Shown piece after piece: positions 31,420 to 40,955 of a stretch of DNA of 64,000 bases. Source of the stretch: an uncultured Chloroflexia bacterium (GTDB lineage Bacteria > Chloroflexota > Limnocylindria > QHBO01); the NCBI GenBank assembly GCA_963814375.1, contig CAWFCQ010000008.1, forward strand, positions 1 to 64,000, in the 5' to 3' direction. The notes beneath the pieces are model-generated. The model saw nothing but the letters and a program-made list of their open reading frames with translations. It did not search any database and was not told the DNA's origin. How positions within the stretch are numbered: position 1 is the first letter of the stretch; every line of letters begins with the position of its first letter. The position numbers and the translations under genes are program-made.

Positions 31420-32028
31420 CTAGCGGGGCGTGCGAAGCATGAGCCAGCCGTGGACATCGGTGTTGGGAAGGGTGAGCTCCTCGACCACCGCGAAGCCGAC
31501 ACGCTCGTAGAGGAGCACGTTGCGGGCGGTGGCGGTCTCGAGGTAGGCGGTCGCCGCCTCGCGGTCCGCACGTTCCAGGACGGGCCGCATCAAGGCGGTG
31601 CCGATGCCCTCGCCCTGGCGCTCGGGCTCGACACCCAGCGCGGACAGGTAGAAATGCGGGCTTGGTGCGTGATGCCGGCGCCGCTCCTCGAGCGCATCGA
31701 CCGCGCTGGAGACCTCGCGCAGCCGCCGAAGCCCGCCTGCCAGACGAGCGACCGACGGCAGCAGGCGCAGGCTGCCGATGAACGTCGCGCCCCGATACCC
31801 CGGTGGATGCCAGAGCGCGACGCCGGCGTGGTCATCGGTGGTGAAGGTGGTCGACAGACCATCCGACGTGTGTCGCAGGATCCCGGTCCATCCATCGCGC
31901 ATGCGCTGGTTGCGCTCGGGCGCGTCGCCGGCCAGATACGAATAGAACGGATCGTGGACGAAGGCGCGGGCCAGGACGGCCGCCATCTCGCCGATGTCGG
32001 ACGCGATCGCCAGCCGCACGCTGCTCAT
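31420..32028 (-). CDS. GNAT N-acetyltransferase
   Basis: LARAF..DP, YLSALGVEPERQGEGIG, YLET...N..LYER.GF. Confidence 0.88.
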   Translation of the reverse strand: MSSVRLAIASDIGEMAAVLARAFVHDPFYSYLAGDAPERNQRMRDGWTGILRHTSDGLSTTFTTDDHAGVALWHPPGYRGATFIGSLRLLPSVARLAGGLRRLREVSSAVDALEERRRHHAPSPHFYLSALGVEPERQGEGIGTALMRPVLERADREAATAYLETATARNVLLYERVGFAVVEELTLPNTDVHGWLMLRTPR

Positions 32029-32043
32029 GAGGTCCTTGGCGGT

Positions 32044-32700
32044 TCAGTCCCGCAGGTCGATGCGTCGATGGGTCGGCGGATCGTCTCCCGGCCCGACCTC
32101 GACCAGGGTCCAGCCAGGCAGGTTGCGCTCCGCCGTGCCCTCGCTGCTCAGGAGCTCGACGACGCGCCCCACCACTGCCTTCGTGGCGGCGCGATCCGCG
32201 CTGGGCACGTCCTCGAGAATCGCGGCGATGGCGCGCTCGATGCGCCTGGTTGCGACCGCGGGAAGGAGCCCGTCACGGTCGCGCTTCACGAGCCCTTCCG
32301 CGTCGCCGATGCCCTCTCGCTCCAGCTCCCCGATCAGCTTCCGGACCGCGCGTCCCTCCGCCGCGGGCAGCCGATCGATCCAGGTCGGCGGCGGCGGGGG
32401 CGGCTCGGCCTTGGGCTTCGACTTCGTGCCCTCCCGCTTCGCCCCTTTGGCGGGGGTGGGAAAGGGGAGGATCTTCCGATCGCGCGCGCCGGGGATCGCC
32501 TCGCGGACCGCCTTCAGCGTCGGATACGGCCCGTGGATGAGCTCCTGCCCGAACTCGTTCGACTGCTCCGAGTCGACCAGGAACCAGCCAACATCGGCCT
32601 GGCGCACGGTGAATCTCTCATCTCCGGTGCGGTAGTCGCCGGCGGACTGGCGGACGAGGCGGTCCGGGTCGGCGGGCGCATCGTTCTTGCGCTTCGGCAT
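32044..32700 (-). CDS. Hypothetical protein
   Basis: GC-typical ORF with Pro/Lys linker; TAGACT-N7-ATG start. Confidence 0.7.
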   Translation of the reverse strand: MPKRKNDAPADPDRLVRQSAGDYRTGDERFTVRQADVGWFLVDSEQSNEFGQELIHGPYPTLKAVREAIPGARDRKILPFPTPAKGAKREGTKSKPKAEPPPPPPTWIDRLPAAEGRAVRKLIGELEREGIGDAEGLVKRDRDGLLPAVATRRIERAIAAILEDVPSADRAATKAVVGRVVELLSSEGTAERNLPGWTLVEVGPGDDPPTHRRIDLRD

Positions 32701-32735
32701 GGCTGGCAGTCTATGCCCCGTGGCTTCGCGGCGGT

Positions 32736-32865
32736 TTACTGGCATGGGTAAGCAACCGCGAGGCAGAGGCGTTTCGGTGCCGGCAATTCACCGCCATGGG
32801 TAAGTCCGGGACCGTTTCAGGCCGGAATTCGCCTTCCGATCTCCGTTGGTTACCAAGGGCGGGAA
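32736..32865 (+). repeat. Triple-box element copy 7
   Basis: Boxes at 32736, 32788, 32850 (52/62); GCAACCGCGA / TCTCCGTTGG. Confidence 0.88.
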
Positions 32866-32900
32866 ACGCCCCGAGAGGACCGCACGCGTATGCTCTTGCC

Positions 32901-33773
32901 ATGTCCATCTATCGGCTCGAGGCGACGCCCGAGCTCGACTCGCCCGTCATGGTTGCGGCGCTCGAAGGCTGGGTCGACGCCGGCGCATCGGGCACGACTG
33001 CCGCGGCGCAGCTGGCCGAGGACGGCACGGTCGTCGCCAGCTTCGACGCCGATGCCATCTACGACTACCGCGCCCGCCGTCCTACGCTCGACATCGTCGA
33101 TGGCCGGCCGATGACGCTCGCCTGGCCGAAGCTGGAGATCACCGCGTCCCGAATCGGCGGACGGGACCTGCTGGTGCTGCGCGGGCCAGAGCCGGATTAC
33201 CGATGGCGCGAGCTCACCACCGACGTGGTCGAGGTCGCCAAGAAGCTGGGAGTCGCCAGCTGGGCCAGCCTCGGCGCCATCCCGGCTGCCGTGCCCCACA
33301 CGCGACCGGTGCCGGTGCTCGCCACCGCATCGGCTCCGGGGCTGCTGCCCGATGGAATCCGCCAGGGCCCTGACGGCCTGCTGCGGGTGCCTTCTGCCGC
33401 GCTCTCGGTGCTCGAGATGGCCGCATCCTCGAACGGCATCCCCGCCGTCGGATTCTTCGCCCAGGTGCCGCACTACGTCAACGCGACCTATCCCGCGGCC
33501 TCGATCGCGCTCCTCACAGCGCTCGGTCGCCACCTCGGCATCGAGCCGCCGGTGGGCCAGCTCGCGACGCGTGCGCTGGAGCGGCGGAACCTCCTCGACG
33601 CGGCCACTGCCTCGGACGACGACACTCGCGCCCACGTGGAGCGCCTCGAGCTCCTGGCCGATGAGTCACGCCTCCCTGCCGGTGACGAGCTCATCGCCGA
33701 CATCGAGCGCTTCCTGCGCGAGGGCGACTCCGGCGAAGGCGGCGACGAGGGCGGAGGCTCGCGGCTGCACTAG
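32901..33773 (+). CDS. PAC2 (proteasome assembly chaperone) family protein
   Basis: LEGWVDAG, YDYRARRP, GPEPDYRW, VPHTRP, QVPHY. Confidence 0.88.
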   Translation: MSIYRLEATPELDSPVMVAALEGWVDAGASGTTAAAQLAEDGTVVASFDADAIYDYRARRPTLDIVDGRPMTLAWPKLEITASRIGGRDLLVLRGPEPDYRWRELTTDVVEVAKKLGVASWASLGAIPAAVPHTRPVPVLATASAPGLLPDGIRQGPDGLLRVPSAALSVLEMAASSNGIPAVGFFAQVPHYVNATYPAASIALLTALGRHLGIEPPVGQLATRALERRNLLDAATASDDDTRAHVERLELLADESRLPAGDELIADIERFLREGDSGEGGDEGGGSRLH

Positions 33774-33788
33774 AGGCGGACACAGGGA

Positions 33789-33818
33789 GGCCGCCGCTCC
33801 CCGGAGGGACCGACGGCC
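33789..33818. terminator. Hairpin between convergent genes
   Basis: GGCCG...TCCC-CGGA-GGGA...CGGCC imperfect stem. Confidence 0.45.
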
Positions 33819-33838
33819 ATGTGCCGCGTTAGATTGAC

Positions 33839-34235
33839 TTAGCGGTGGGAGAGGTCGTCCTTGCCGTAGTCAGGGCCGACCGGGCGGTTGTGCTCGGCGT
33901 AGTACGTCCCGAGCTCATCCCGATAGCGCAGCGTCGTGATGGCGCGACGTATCGAACTCCGGCGCGTTCTTGATCTGGTCCTTCGTGAGGCTGACCCAGA
34001 CGCGACGGTCGTTCACGTCGACCCTCGACATGACCCCGACCGGAAGCATGACCTTGCGGCCGAAGATCCACGGGCCGGTGTCGACGACCAGCGCATTGGC
34101 GCCGATCTCGTAGGTGGCTCTGTCCACGGCACCGATGCCGCCATCCGTCGCCTCGACGTCGAAGCCGGAGAGGTCGACGGTCGACCAAGTTGGCTCCGGA
34201 TAGCTGTAGATGTCGAGAACGGTGGTGTTTCGCAT
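33839..34235 (-). CDS. PRC-barrel domain protein; frameshift near 33930
   Basis: GFDVEATDG.IG.VD, VVDTGPWIFGRKVMLP, LTKDQIKNAPEF. Confidence 0.85.
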
Positions 34236-34337
34236 GGTTGTTCCCCTTTCCAATACCAGAAGGGGGTGCAACATCGATGCCCGCGTGGCCCAGGGCTGAG
34301 ACTGATTCTCATCTAGGCGGCGATTCCCAAAGAGATG

Positions 34338-37300
34338 TCAGCTGCCCTGGACGAGTTCCTCGGCAGGCCGCGCGGCAGTGACGGGTTCGGCGGGTGAGCC
34401 GGGCGTCTCGTCGGTCTTGGCGAGGGCGGCATCGAGCAGGTCGAGGAGCGCGGTTGCCCGCAGCCGGGTAAAGATCTCGCGCGCCTCTTCGGCAGCCCGG
34501 CGACGCTCATCCGGCTCCATGGCGCCGGTGGTGACGATGTCCAGGTCGGTCATTGCCGACCAGAACGGGGTTCCGAGCTCGCGGAAGAGGCGCTGTGCCT
34601 CGAGGTAGTGGCCGCGGGCGTCCGCTCGACGTCCCTCGAGCACGGCGATCCCCGCGTCCATCGTGGCGAGCAGAGCCCTCGTCCGACCCCCGTCGCCTTC
34701 ACTCGCGAAGAAGTCGCGCAGACGAGTGGCCGACGCGGCGTCGCCCTTCCAGATCGATGCTCGCGCCCCGAAAATGCTGGACTCGGCGCCAGCCAGGCTC
34801 GCGTCGATGGCCTCCTCCGACAGCCGGCAGACCTCGTCGAAATGGCCACGCAGCAGCGAATCAACCGCTTTCGCAAACGCCCCGATCGTGAGGTACTGCG
34901 GATCGTCGAAGTGGCGCGAGTCGGCGTAGAGCTGGTCGGCCTCGGCCTCGATGTCCTCGCCGCGATACCCGCGGATGACGGCAGAATAGGCGCCGAACCA
35001 GAGTCGCTCCGCCGGCTCGGTGAAGAGGGCGTCCATCTCGGCCATGGCATCCATCGCCCAGTCCCAATCGCCGACCTCGATGGCAGAGTCCACCGCGTTG
35101 CCCAGGACGTAGCGGATGCTCCACATCACTCCGCTGCGCTTCGCCTCCTCGATCGCGCCTCGCGAGATCTCGAGCGCCCGGGCGATGTCGTCAGTTGAGA
35201 GCACGTAGCCGAGGTTCACGGCTGCCCGATTCACCAGCTCGGGGTCGCCGAGGCGCCTCGCGAAGTCCAGGGCGCCGGTCAGGATCACCTCCGACTCGAG
35301 CGTGCGACCGAGATTCGCGATCGCAACGGCGCGCGTGATGATCAGGTCGAGCACCACGCGCTCGTCGACCCTCCGAGGAGCGACCGGAAGCGTCGCATCC
35401 GCGAGCTCGACGGAGCGCGCGTTGTTCAAGGCCCGCATCTCGGCCTTGGCCAATATCGTGGCGACCTCGATGTAGCCGGGTGTGTCCAGCGTGAAGTCCG
35501 GCTCGGAGATCGTGGCATTCAACAGCTCGAGAGCCCGCTGCTGCTGGCCCTCGGTGAGCACATTGGCGAGGCGCGCGACGATGAGACGCCGCTCGGTGTC
35601 CCGCCCGAGCATGCTCGCGATGGCGATCGCCCGGTCTCCGTGGTCGATCGCCACGTCGATGAGCCCGGCTCGGGCCGCGGCGTCGAGCGCCAGCGAGCGA
35701 AGGTCCAGCTCGTCGGAAGGTTCGGTCACGACCAGGAGCCCGCTCTCAAGATAGGCGTGCGCCCTCCGGAACGACCCCAGGTCCGCGGCACGTTGCGCCG
35801 CGGCGCGCAACGCAACGCGGGCCTGGGCGGCCACGGCGGCACCCTCCTCCCCGTCGGGGTGCGCCTGGTAGGCATCGACGTAGTGCTGTGCCAGCACGCC
35901 GGCCAGCTCGTCATCGCCGAGTGACTCGTAGTGGCGGGCGGCGGCGAGATGGCGCGTGCGCCGATCGTCGCGCGAGAGAGTGCCGTACGCGACCTCGCGT
36001 AGAAGGCCCTGGACGAATCGGTAGTTGCCACGCTCCGGGGAGCGCGGATCCGTCTCGATGATCAGTAGCTCACGCCTCACGAGGTGCTCGAGCATCGGCC
36101 CGACCTCGTCGGGCTCTGAGCGTGCGACCGACTGGACGGCCTCATCGGCGAAGGAGAGGCCGAGGACGGAGGCGTCCTGGAGAAGCGTTCGCTCGGCGGG
36201 CGGCAGCGCGTCGATCCGCGCCGCGATGAGCGCATGAAGCGACTCCGGCACCGCGAGGTCGCCGATGTCGCCGACCGGGCGGAAGGCCTCGCCGTCGCGC
36301 TCGAGACGCCCGTCGTTGAGCAGCGTTCGAATCATCTCCACCGCGTACAGCGGGATTCCCTCCGCCCGCTCGACGATCCTTGCGATAGCCGCCTCGGGCA
36401 GGCCGGGAACGAGCCCGTCGAGCAGGAAGCGCATGTCGTCGTCCGCAAGAGGTGCCAGGGCGAGGGAGGTGAAGCTGCGCTGCCCGGCACCCCAGTTCGG
36501 ACGACGGTCCAGGAGGTCGGGGCGGGCCAGCGTGATGACGTAGATCGGATGGCCGCGCGACCATGCCAGCAGCTCCTCGATGAAGTCGAGGAGGCCGTCA
36601 TCCGCCCACTGGAGGTCCTCGAACACCATCGCCACCGGCGCGACGTCGGCGATGCGCTCGAAGAAGGTTCGCCAGGCCACGGGAAGGTGGCCAGTCTCCT
36701 TCGACTGAACGTCGCCGATCCCGAGCAGGTGAAGGAGTGGCTCTTCGAGCGAGGCGCGCTCGTCGGTATCGGGCACGAACTCGGCCAGGCTCGCGGCCAG
36801 CAGCTGGCGGGTGGTCGCCTCATCAGCTGCGTCGTCGGCGCCGATCCGCATGCGCACCATCTCGCCGAGCGCCCAGAAGCTGATGCCGTCGCCGTAGGCG
36901 GGCGAGCGGCCCTGATGCCAGTACACCACTTCGGTGACGCCATCGATGTACTTCAGGAACTCCCATGCCAGCCGGCTCTTGCCGATGCCGCCCTGGCCGA
37001 TGACGGAGACGAGCCGCGGCCCGCGGTCGCGGGCGGTGGCGTGGTAGAAGTCCTTGATGAGCTGGAGCTCGCTGTCGCGACCGACGAACGGCGGCTCCAG
37101 GCCCTCGCTGCGGCCCACCCCGCCGCGCTGTGCCACCACGCGCAGCGCCCGGAAGGCGGCCACGGGTGCCGCCTTGCCCTTGAGCTCCTGCTCCCCGGCC
37201 TCCTCGAACACGATTGCCTCGCCAGCTGCGCGGCGGGTGCCGTCGCCGACCAGGACGGTCCCCGGCGGCGCGACCGACTGGAGGCGCGAGGCGGTGTTGA

Positions 37301-37883
37301 CCAGGTCGCCTGCGACCATGCCCATGCCGCTCGCGCCGATGGTGACCACCGCCTCGCCGGTGTGCACCGCGGCCCGCAGGGCCAGGTCGGGAACCTCGCG
37401 ATCGGCGCCGATGCGTCGGACGGCATCGACGAGGTCCATCGCGGCCCGGACAGCCCGCTCGGCATCGTCCTCCTGGGCGGTCGGGGTGCCCCACACCGCC
37501 ATCACCGCGTCCCCGATGAACTTCTCGACCACCCCGCCGTAGCGCTCGATCACCGCTCGAGAGGTCTCGAAGTACGAGCCGAGCAGCTCGCGGACATCCT
37601 CGGCGTCGCGCCCCTCGCTCAGGGTCGTGAAGCCGACCAGGTCAGCGAAGAGGACGCTTACCAGCCTTCGTTCGGTCGCCGGAGTGGCGGCAGAGGCGGG
37701 CGTGTCGGTGGGAGCCGCGGGCACGTCGGCGCCGGTGAGGACGTTCCCGCACTCGCCGCAGAACTTCGCCTCAGGGGTATTCGCCGAACCGCAGCTCGCG
37801 CATGCCACCGCCAGGCGCTGTCCGCAGCTGAGGCAAAACTTTCGGCCGATCTCGTTCTCGGCCGCGCAGTTCGAACAGTTCAC
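34338..37883 (-). CDS. Double zinc ribbon + class III cyclase + AAA ATPase + TPR-like (STAND-type) protein
   Basis: Two CxxC pairs, LFADLVGFT, KFIGDAVM, GQGGIGKSRL, FEDLQWAD, helical repeat C-terminus. Confidence 0.92.
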   Translation of the reverse strand: MNCSNCAAENEIGRKFCLSCGQRLAVACASCGSANTPEAKFCGECGNVLTGADVPAAPTDTPASAATPATERRLVSVLFADLVGFTTLSEGRDAEDVRELLGSYFETSRAVIERYGGVVEKFIGDAVMAVWGTPTAQEDDAERAVRAAMDLVDAVRRIGADREVPDLALRAAVHTGEAVVTIGASGMGMVAGDLVNTASRLQSVAPPGTVLVGDGTRRAAGEAIVFEEAGEQELKGKAAPVAAFRALRVVAQRGGVGRSEGLEPPFVGRDSELQLIKDFYHATARDRGPRLVSVIGQGGIGKSRLAWEFLKYIDGVTEVVYWHQGRSPAYGDGISFWALGEMVRMRIGADDAADEATTRQLLAASLAEFVPDTDERASLEEPLLHLLGIGDVQSKETGHLPVAWRTFFERIADVAPVAMVFEDLQWADDGLLDFIEELLAWSRGHPIYVITLARPDLLDRRPNWGAGQRSFTSLALAPLADDDMRFLLDGLVPGLPEAAIARIVERAEGIPLYAVEMIRTLLNDGRLERDGEAFRPVGDIGDLAVPESLHALIAARIDALPPAERTLLQDASVLGLSFADEAVQSVARSEPDEVGPMLEHLVRRELLIIETDPRSPERGNYRFVQGLLREVAYGTLSRDDRRTRHLAAARHYESLGDDELAGVLAQHYVDAYQAHPDGEEGAAVAAQARVALRAAAQRAADLGSFRRAHAYLESGLLVVTEPSDELDLRSLALDAAARAGLIDVAIDHGDRAIAIASMLGRDTERRLIVARLANVLTEGQQQRALELLNATISEPDFTLDTPGYIEVATILAKAEMRALNNARSVELADATLPVAPRRVDERVVLDLIITRAVAIANLGRTLESEVILTGALDFARRLGDPELVNRAAVNLGYVLSTDDIARALEISRGAIEEAKRSGVMWSIRYVLGNAVDSAIEVGDWDWAMDAMAEMDALFTEPAERLWFGAYSAVIRGYRGEDIEAEADQLYADSRHFDDPQYLTIGAFAKAVDSLLRGHFDEVCRLSEEAIDASLAGAESSIFGARASIWKGDAASATRLRDFFASEGDGGRTRALLATMDAGIAVLEGRRADARGHYLEAQRLFRELGTPFWSAMTDLDIVTTGAMEPDERRRAAEEAREIFTRLRATALLDLLDAALAKTDETPGSPAEPVTAARPAEELVQGS

Positions 37884-37956
37884 TCGGTGCCCGGTCCCTC
37901 ACGGCGTGTCGGCGCCGCAGTATCGGGCAACGGCGCCTCTCCTGACAACGGGAGGC

Positions 37957-38298
37957 TCAGCCGCTCTTCTTGGCCTTGCGCCCCGTCTCAGGCGGCGTAT
38001 CGAGGAGGACGTCGATGGCACGGCGCGCCTGGAACGGTGAGCCGAAGGATGCCTTCGACGGTGCCGCATCGGCATCGGCCTTGATGTACCAGCTGCGCTG
38101 GCCGGCGACGTACAGGATCTCGTAGCCGCGATGCTCTTCGGAGGCGCGCGGCGCGTCGTTCGCGAGCATCAGCGTCGCCTCGCGAGCCGTTCGGGGTGGG
38201 CCGCAGAGCCCGCATCGGGACTCCAGCAGGCCGTGGGCACAGCGACGGCAGGTCATGCAGTGCTGTGGATCGGATCCGTGGATACATCGCTCGGTCAT
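37957..38298 (-). CDS. Small Cys/His-rich hypothetical protein
   Basis: CIHG....HCMTC..CAHG....RCGLC. Confidence 0.7.
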   Translation of the reverse strand: MTERCIHGSDPQHCMTCRRCAHGLLESRCGLCGPPRTAREATLMLANDAPRASEEHRGYEILYVAGQRSWYIKADADAAPSKASFGSPFQARRAIDVLLDTPPETGRKAKKSG

Positions 38299-38359
38299 GG
38301 GGTGTCTGGGGTCCTACTCGGGGGGCTGTAAGCGTACACCGTCGCGGTATGCTACGCTT

Positions 38360-38375
38360 TCGCACACGTGTTCGA
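38360..38375. promoter_or_regulatory. Candidate LexA (SOS) box
   Basis: TCGCAC-ACGT-GTTCGA just after a TATGCT -10-like hexamer, between divergent genes. Confidence 0.5.
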
Positions 38376-38498
38376 TTTGGCGCTCCGGTCAGCGCCACGG
38401 CTTCATCACCGTCCGACCTCGCTTACTTCTTCGCCCTGACCGGGCCCCGCGACTTCCTTTGATGGCGCGGGTGGGCCCAACGTCAGGAGCTCTCTCCC

Positions 38499-39785
38499 TT
38501 GTCCTTCTCTGTCCTCGGGCTGCGGCCCGACCTGCTCCGCGCTGTGGCGCGCCAGGGTTACACCGATCCCACACCCGTCCAGCTCGAGGCCATCCCCCTC
38601 GTCCTCGCCGGGCGTGACCTCCTTGCCGGCGCCCAGACCGGCACCGGCAAGACGGCCGCCTTCGTGCTGCCGATGCTCCAGCGCCTCGCCGAGCGGCCCC
38701 GTCAGGATCGCCGCATCCGGGCCCTCGTCCTCGTTCCCACTCGCGAGCTCGCGATCCAGGTCGAGGAGTCGGTCCGCGTCTACTCCGGCGGCCACGCGCG
38801 CTCGACCGCCATCTACGGTGGCGTTGGCTTCGGTGGCCAGGTTGGCGCGCTGCGCCGCGGCGTCGAAATCGTCGTCGCGACACCCGGACGCCTGCTCGAC
38901 CATGCCCGCCAGGGCACGATCGACCTGCGCTCGGTCGAGATCCTCGTCCTCGACGAGGCCGATCGGATGCTTGACATGGGCTTCATCCGCGACATCCGCC
39001 AGGTTCTCGAGCTCCTGCCGGATCGCCGCCAGAACCTTCTCTTCTCCGCGACCTTCTCGCGCGAGATCAGGACGCTGGCCGAAGGGCTGCTCGACCGGCC
39101 CGCATCGGTCCAGGTCACCCCCGAGAACACCGCGGTTGACCTCGTCGACCAGCTCATCCACCCGGTCGACCGTGAGCGGAAGCGCGAGCTGCTGACGCAC
39201 CTGGTGCGCACGCGCCAGATCGACCAGGCCCTCGTCTTCACTCGGACAAAGCACGGTGCGAACCGCCTGGTGGAGCAGCTCAACCGCGACGGGATCGCCG
39301 CCGCGGCGATCCACGGCAACAAGTCGCAGCCCCAGCGCATCCGCGCGCTGGCCGACCTGAAGGCCGGTCGCATCCTCCTGCTGGTAGCGACCGAGGTCGC
39401 GGCTCGCGGCCTCGACATCGAGGCGCTGCCGCACGTCGTCAACTACGAGCTGCCGATGGTGCCCGCCGACTACCTCCACCGCATCGGTCGCACCGCGCGG
39501 GCGGGGGCGAGTGGCACTGCCATCTCACTGGTCTGCATCGACGAGGCGCCGCTGCTGCGCGAGATCGAGCGCCTGCTCGGTGCGCCGATCCCGTCACAGC
39601 CGGTGCCCGGCTTCGAGCCGGACCCCAGGATCGCGGCCCAGCCGATCCGGCAGCGCTCCGGTGCCCACCAGGCCGGTCACCGGCCACGGGGCGGCGCGCG
39701 TCAGCCGCAGGCGAATCGCGCCCACGTGCGATTCAGCGGTGGGCGTCGCCGACCGCGGCGACCGGCGTCCAGCTTCAGCCGGTAG
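38499..39785 (+). CDS. rhlE: DEAD-box RNA helicase (RhlE-like)
   Basis: [39 protein letters not shown]. Confidence 0.9.
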   Translation: MSFSVLGLRPDLLRAVARQGYTDPTPVQLEAIPLVLAGRDLLAGAQTGTGKTAAFVLPMLQRLAERPRQDRRIRALVLVPTRELAIQVEESVRVYSGGHARSTAIYGGVGFGGQVGALRRGVEIVVATPGRLLDHARQGTIDLRSVEILVLDEADRMLDMGFIRDIRQVLELLPDRRQNLLFSATFSREIRTLAEGLLDRPASVQVTPENTAVDLVDQLIHPVDRERKRELLTHLVRTRQIDQALVFTRTKHGANRLVEQLNRDGIAAAAIHGNKSQPQRIRALADLKAGRILLLVATEVAARGLDIEALPHVVNYELPMVPADYLHRIGRTARAGASGTAISLVCIDEAPLLREIERLLGAPIPSQPVPGFEPDPRIAAQPIRQRSGAHQAGHRPRGGARQPQANRAHVRFSGGRRRPRRPASSFSR

Positions 39786-39799
39786 GCAGAGGGCCTCGC

Positions 39800-40153
39800 T
39801 CAGATCGAGACAGGCTTGTCGGGGTCGGAGACCGTTCGGGAGGCGATCGGATCGGCCTCGTCGTACTCGTCCTCGTTGAGCGGAGCGCCCTCGGTCCGCG
39901 GCGGCTCCGTCGGCTTCTCCGACCAGTCGCCCTGGTCGACCGCCTCCTGCGTCAGCGATACACCGATCTCGCTGAGCTCGGGACGAACGTGGGCAAGTGT
40001 CGCAGCCGGCAGGAACCGATGCGTCGCGTTGATCATCCCCGACTTGATCTCGATGTAGGTGTCGGTCGTCTCCTCGACCGTCCCGATGTCCGCGCCGTCA
40101 GCCGTCTTCACCTTCCAGCCGCTCTGGATGCCGTGAATGTCGTTGGTGGTCAT
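39800..40153 (-). CDS. DUF2171/PRC-like small protein
   Basis: GWKV.TADG.DIGTVEE...IEIK.G pattern. Confidence 0.7.
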   Translation of the reverse strand: MTTNDIHGIQSGWKVKTADGADIGTVEETTDTYIEIKSGMINATHRFLPAATLAHVRPELSEIGVSLTQEAVDQGDWSEKPTEPPRTEGAPLNEDEYDEADPIASRTVSDPDKPVSI

Positions 40154-40203
40154 GCGCTCGCTTCCAGCAGGTCGCGTGCCGTGGCTCGCGCTACCGTCTT
40201 CGC

Positions 40204-40749
40204 GTGCTGATCCGATTGGCCGATCCCGATCGCGACGCGGTCGCTGCGACCGCGATCTATCGTCCGGCGGTGGAGGATGGCCTCGCCTCGTTCGAGGAGG
40301 TCGCGCCCGATCCTCCCGAAATCGCGCGTCGCATGCGTGCGACACTCGAGCGCCTGCCTTGGCTGGTGGCCGAGGAGGGCGGAGAGGTGATCGGGTATGC
40401 CTACGCCGGTCAGCATCGCGAGCGGGCCGGCTACCGGTGGTCAGCGGACATCTCGGTCTACGTCGCGGCCGAGCAACAGGGGCAGGGCATCGGTCGGCGG
40501 CTGTACGACGAGCTGCTGACGATCCTTCGACGGCAGGGCTACGTGAACGTCTACGCCGGCATCACGCTGCCGAATGCGGCCAGCGTCGCGCTGCACGAGG
40601 CGATCGGGATGCGGCGCATCGGCGTCTACGAGCGCGTCGGGTACAAGCTCGGCGCCTGGCACGACGTCGCCTGGTACGGGATGCGCCTCTCCGACCCGCC
40701 GGGCGTGCCCTCGGAACCCGTTCCATTGCCTCGTCTGGCCAGCGAGTGA
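40204..40749 (+). CDS. GNAT acetyltransferase (phosphinothricin acetyltransferase-like)
   Basis: ASFEE, GYAYA..HRER..Y.W, SVYV, QGQGIG, N.ASVALHE, GYK.G.WHDV. Confidence 0.9.
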   Translation: MLIRLADPDRDAVAATAIYRPAVEDGLASFEEVAPDPPEIARRMRATLERLPWLVAEEGGEVIGYAYAGQHRERAGYRWSADISVYVAAEQQGQGIGRRLYDELLTILRRQGYVNVYAGITLPNAASVALHEAIGMRRIGVYERVGYKLGAWHDVAWYGMRLSDPPGVPSEPVPLPRLASE

Positions 40750-40756
40750 GCCGGAC

Positions 40757-40897
40757 TTACCGCTGCGGGTAACCAACGGAGACCGATAGGGCTGATCCGC
40801 GCCGAATGTGGCTTATTTCGGTCGGCGACTTACCACCCCTGGTAACGGGCGACCATCGAGATCGCCGCCCTTCCCCGTTGCTTACCGATGCCGGTAA
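40757..40897 (-). repeat. Triple-box element copy 8 (reversed, 11 bp longer)
   Basis: Three perfect TTACC-N6-GGTAA boxes at 40757, 40830, 40882 (73/52); CCAACGGAGA / TCCCCGTTGC. Confidence 0.92.
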
Positions 40898-40918
40898 ATC
40901 CCGCCGCGGTCTGGCCTC

Positions 40919-40949
40919 TTGACTCTCTACCTACCCGAGGCTCCATGCT
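40919..40949 (+). promoter_or_regulatory. MerR-type promoter with 19-bp spacer
   Basis: TTGACT-N19-CATGCT, ATG 6 nt downstream. Confidence 0.7.
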
Positions 40950-40955
40950 GCGCCG

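Noticed and set aside
38376-38498. Structured leader or riboswitch upstream of rhlE
   Set aside because: Hairpins are possible but no recognisable riboswitch consensus is present, and high GC content makes stems expected.
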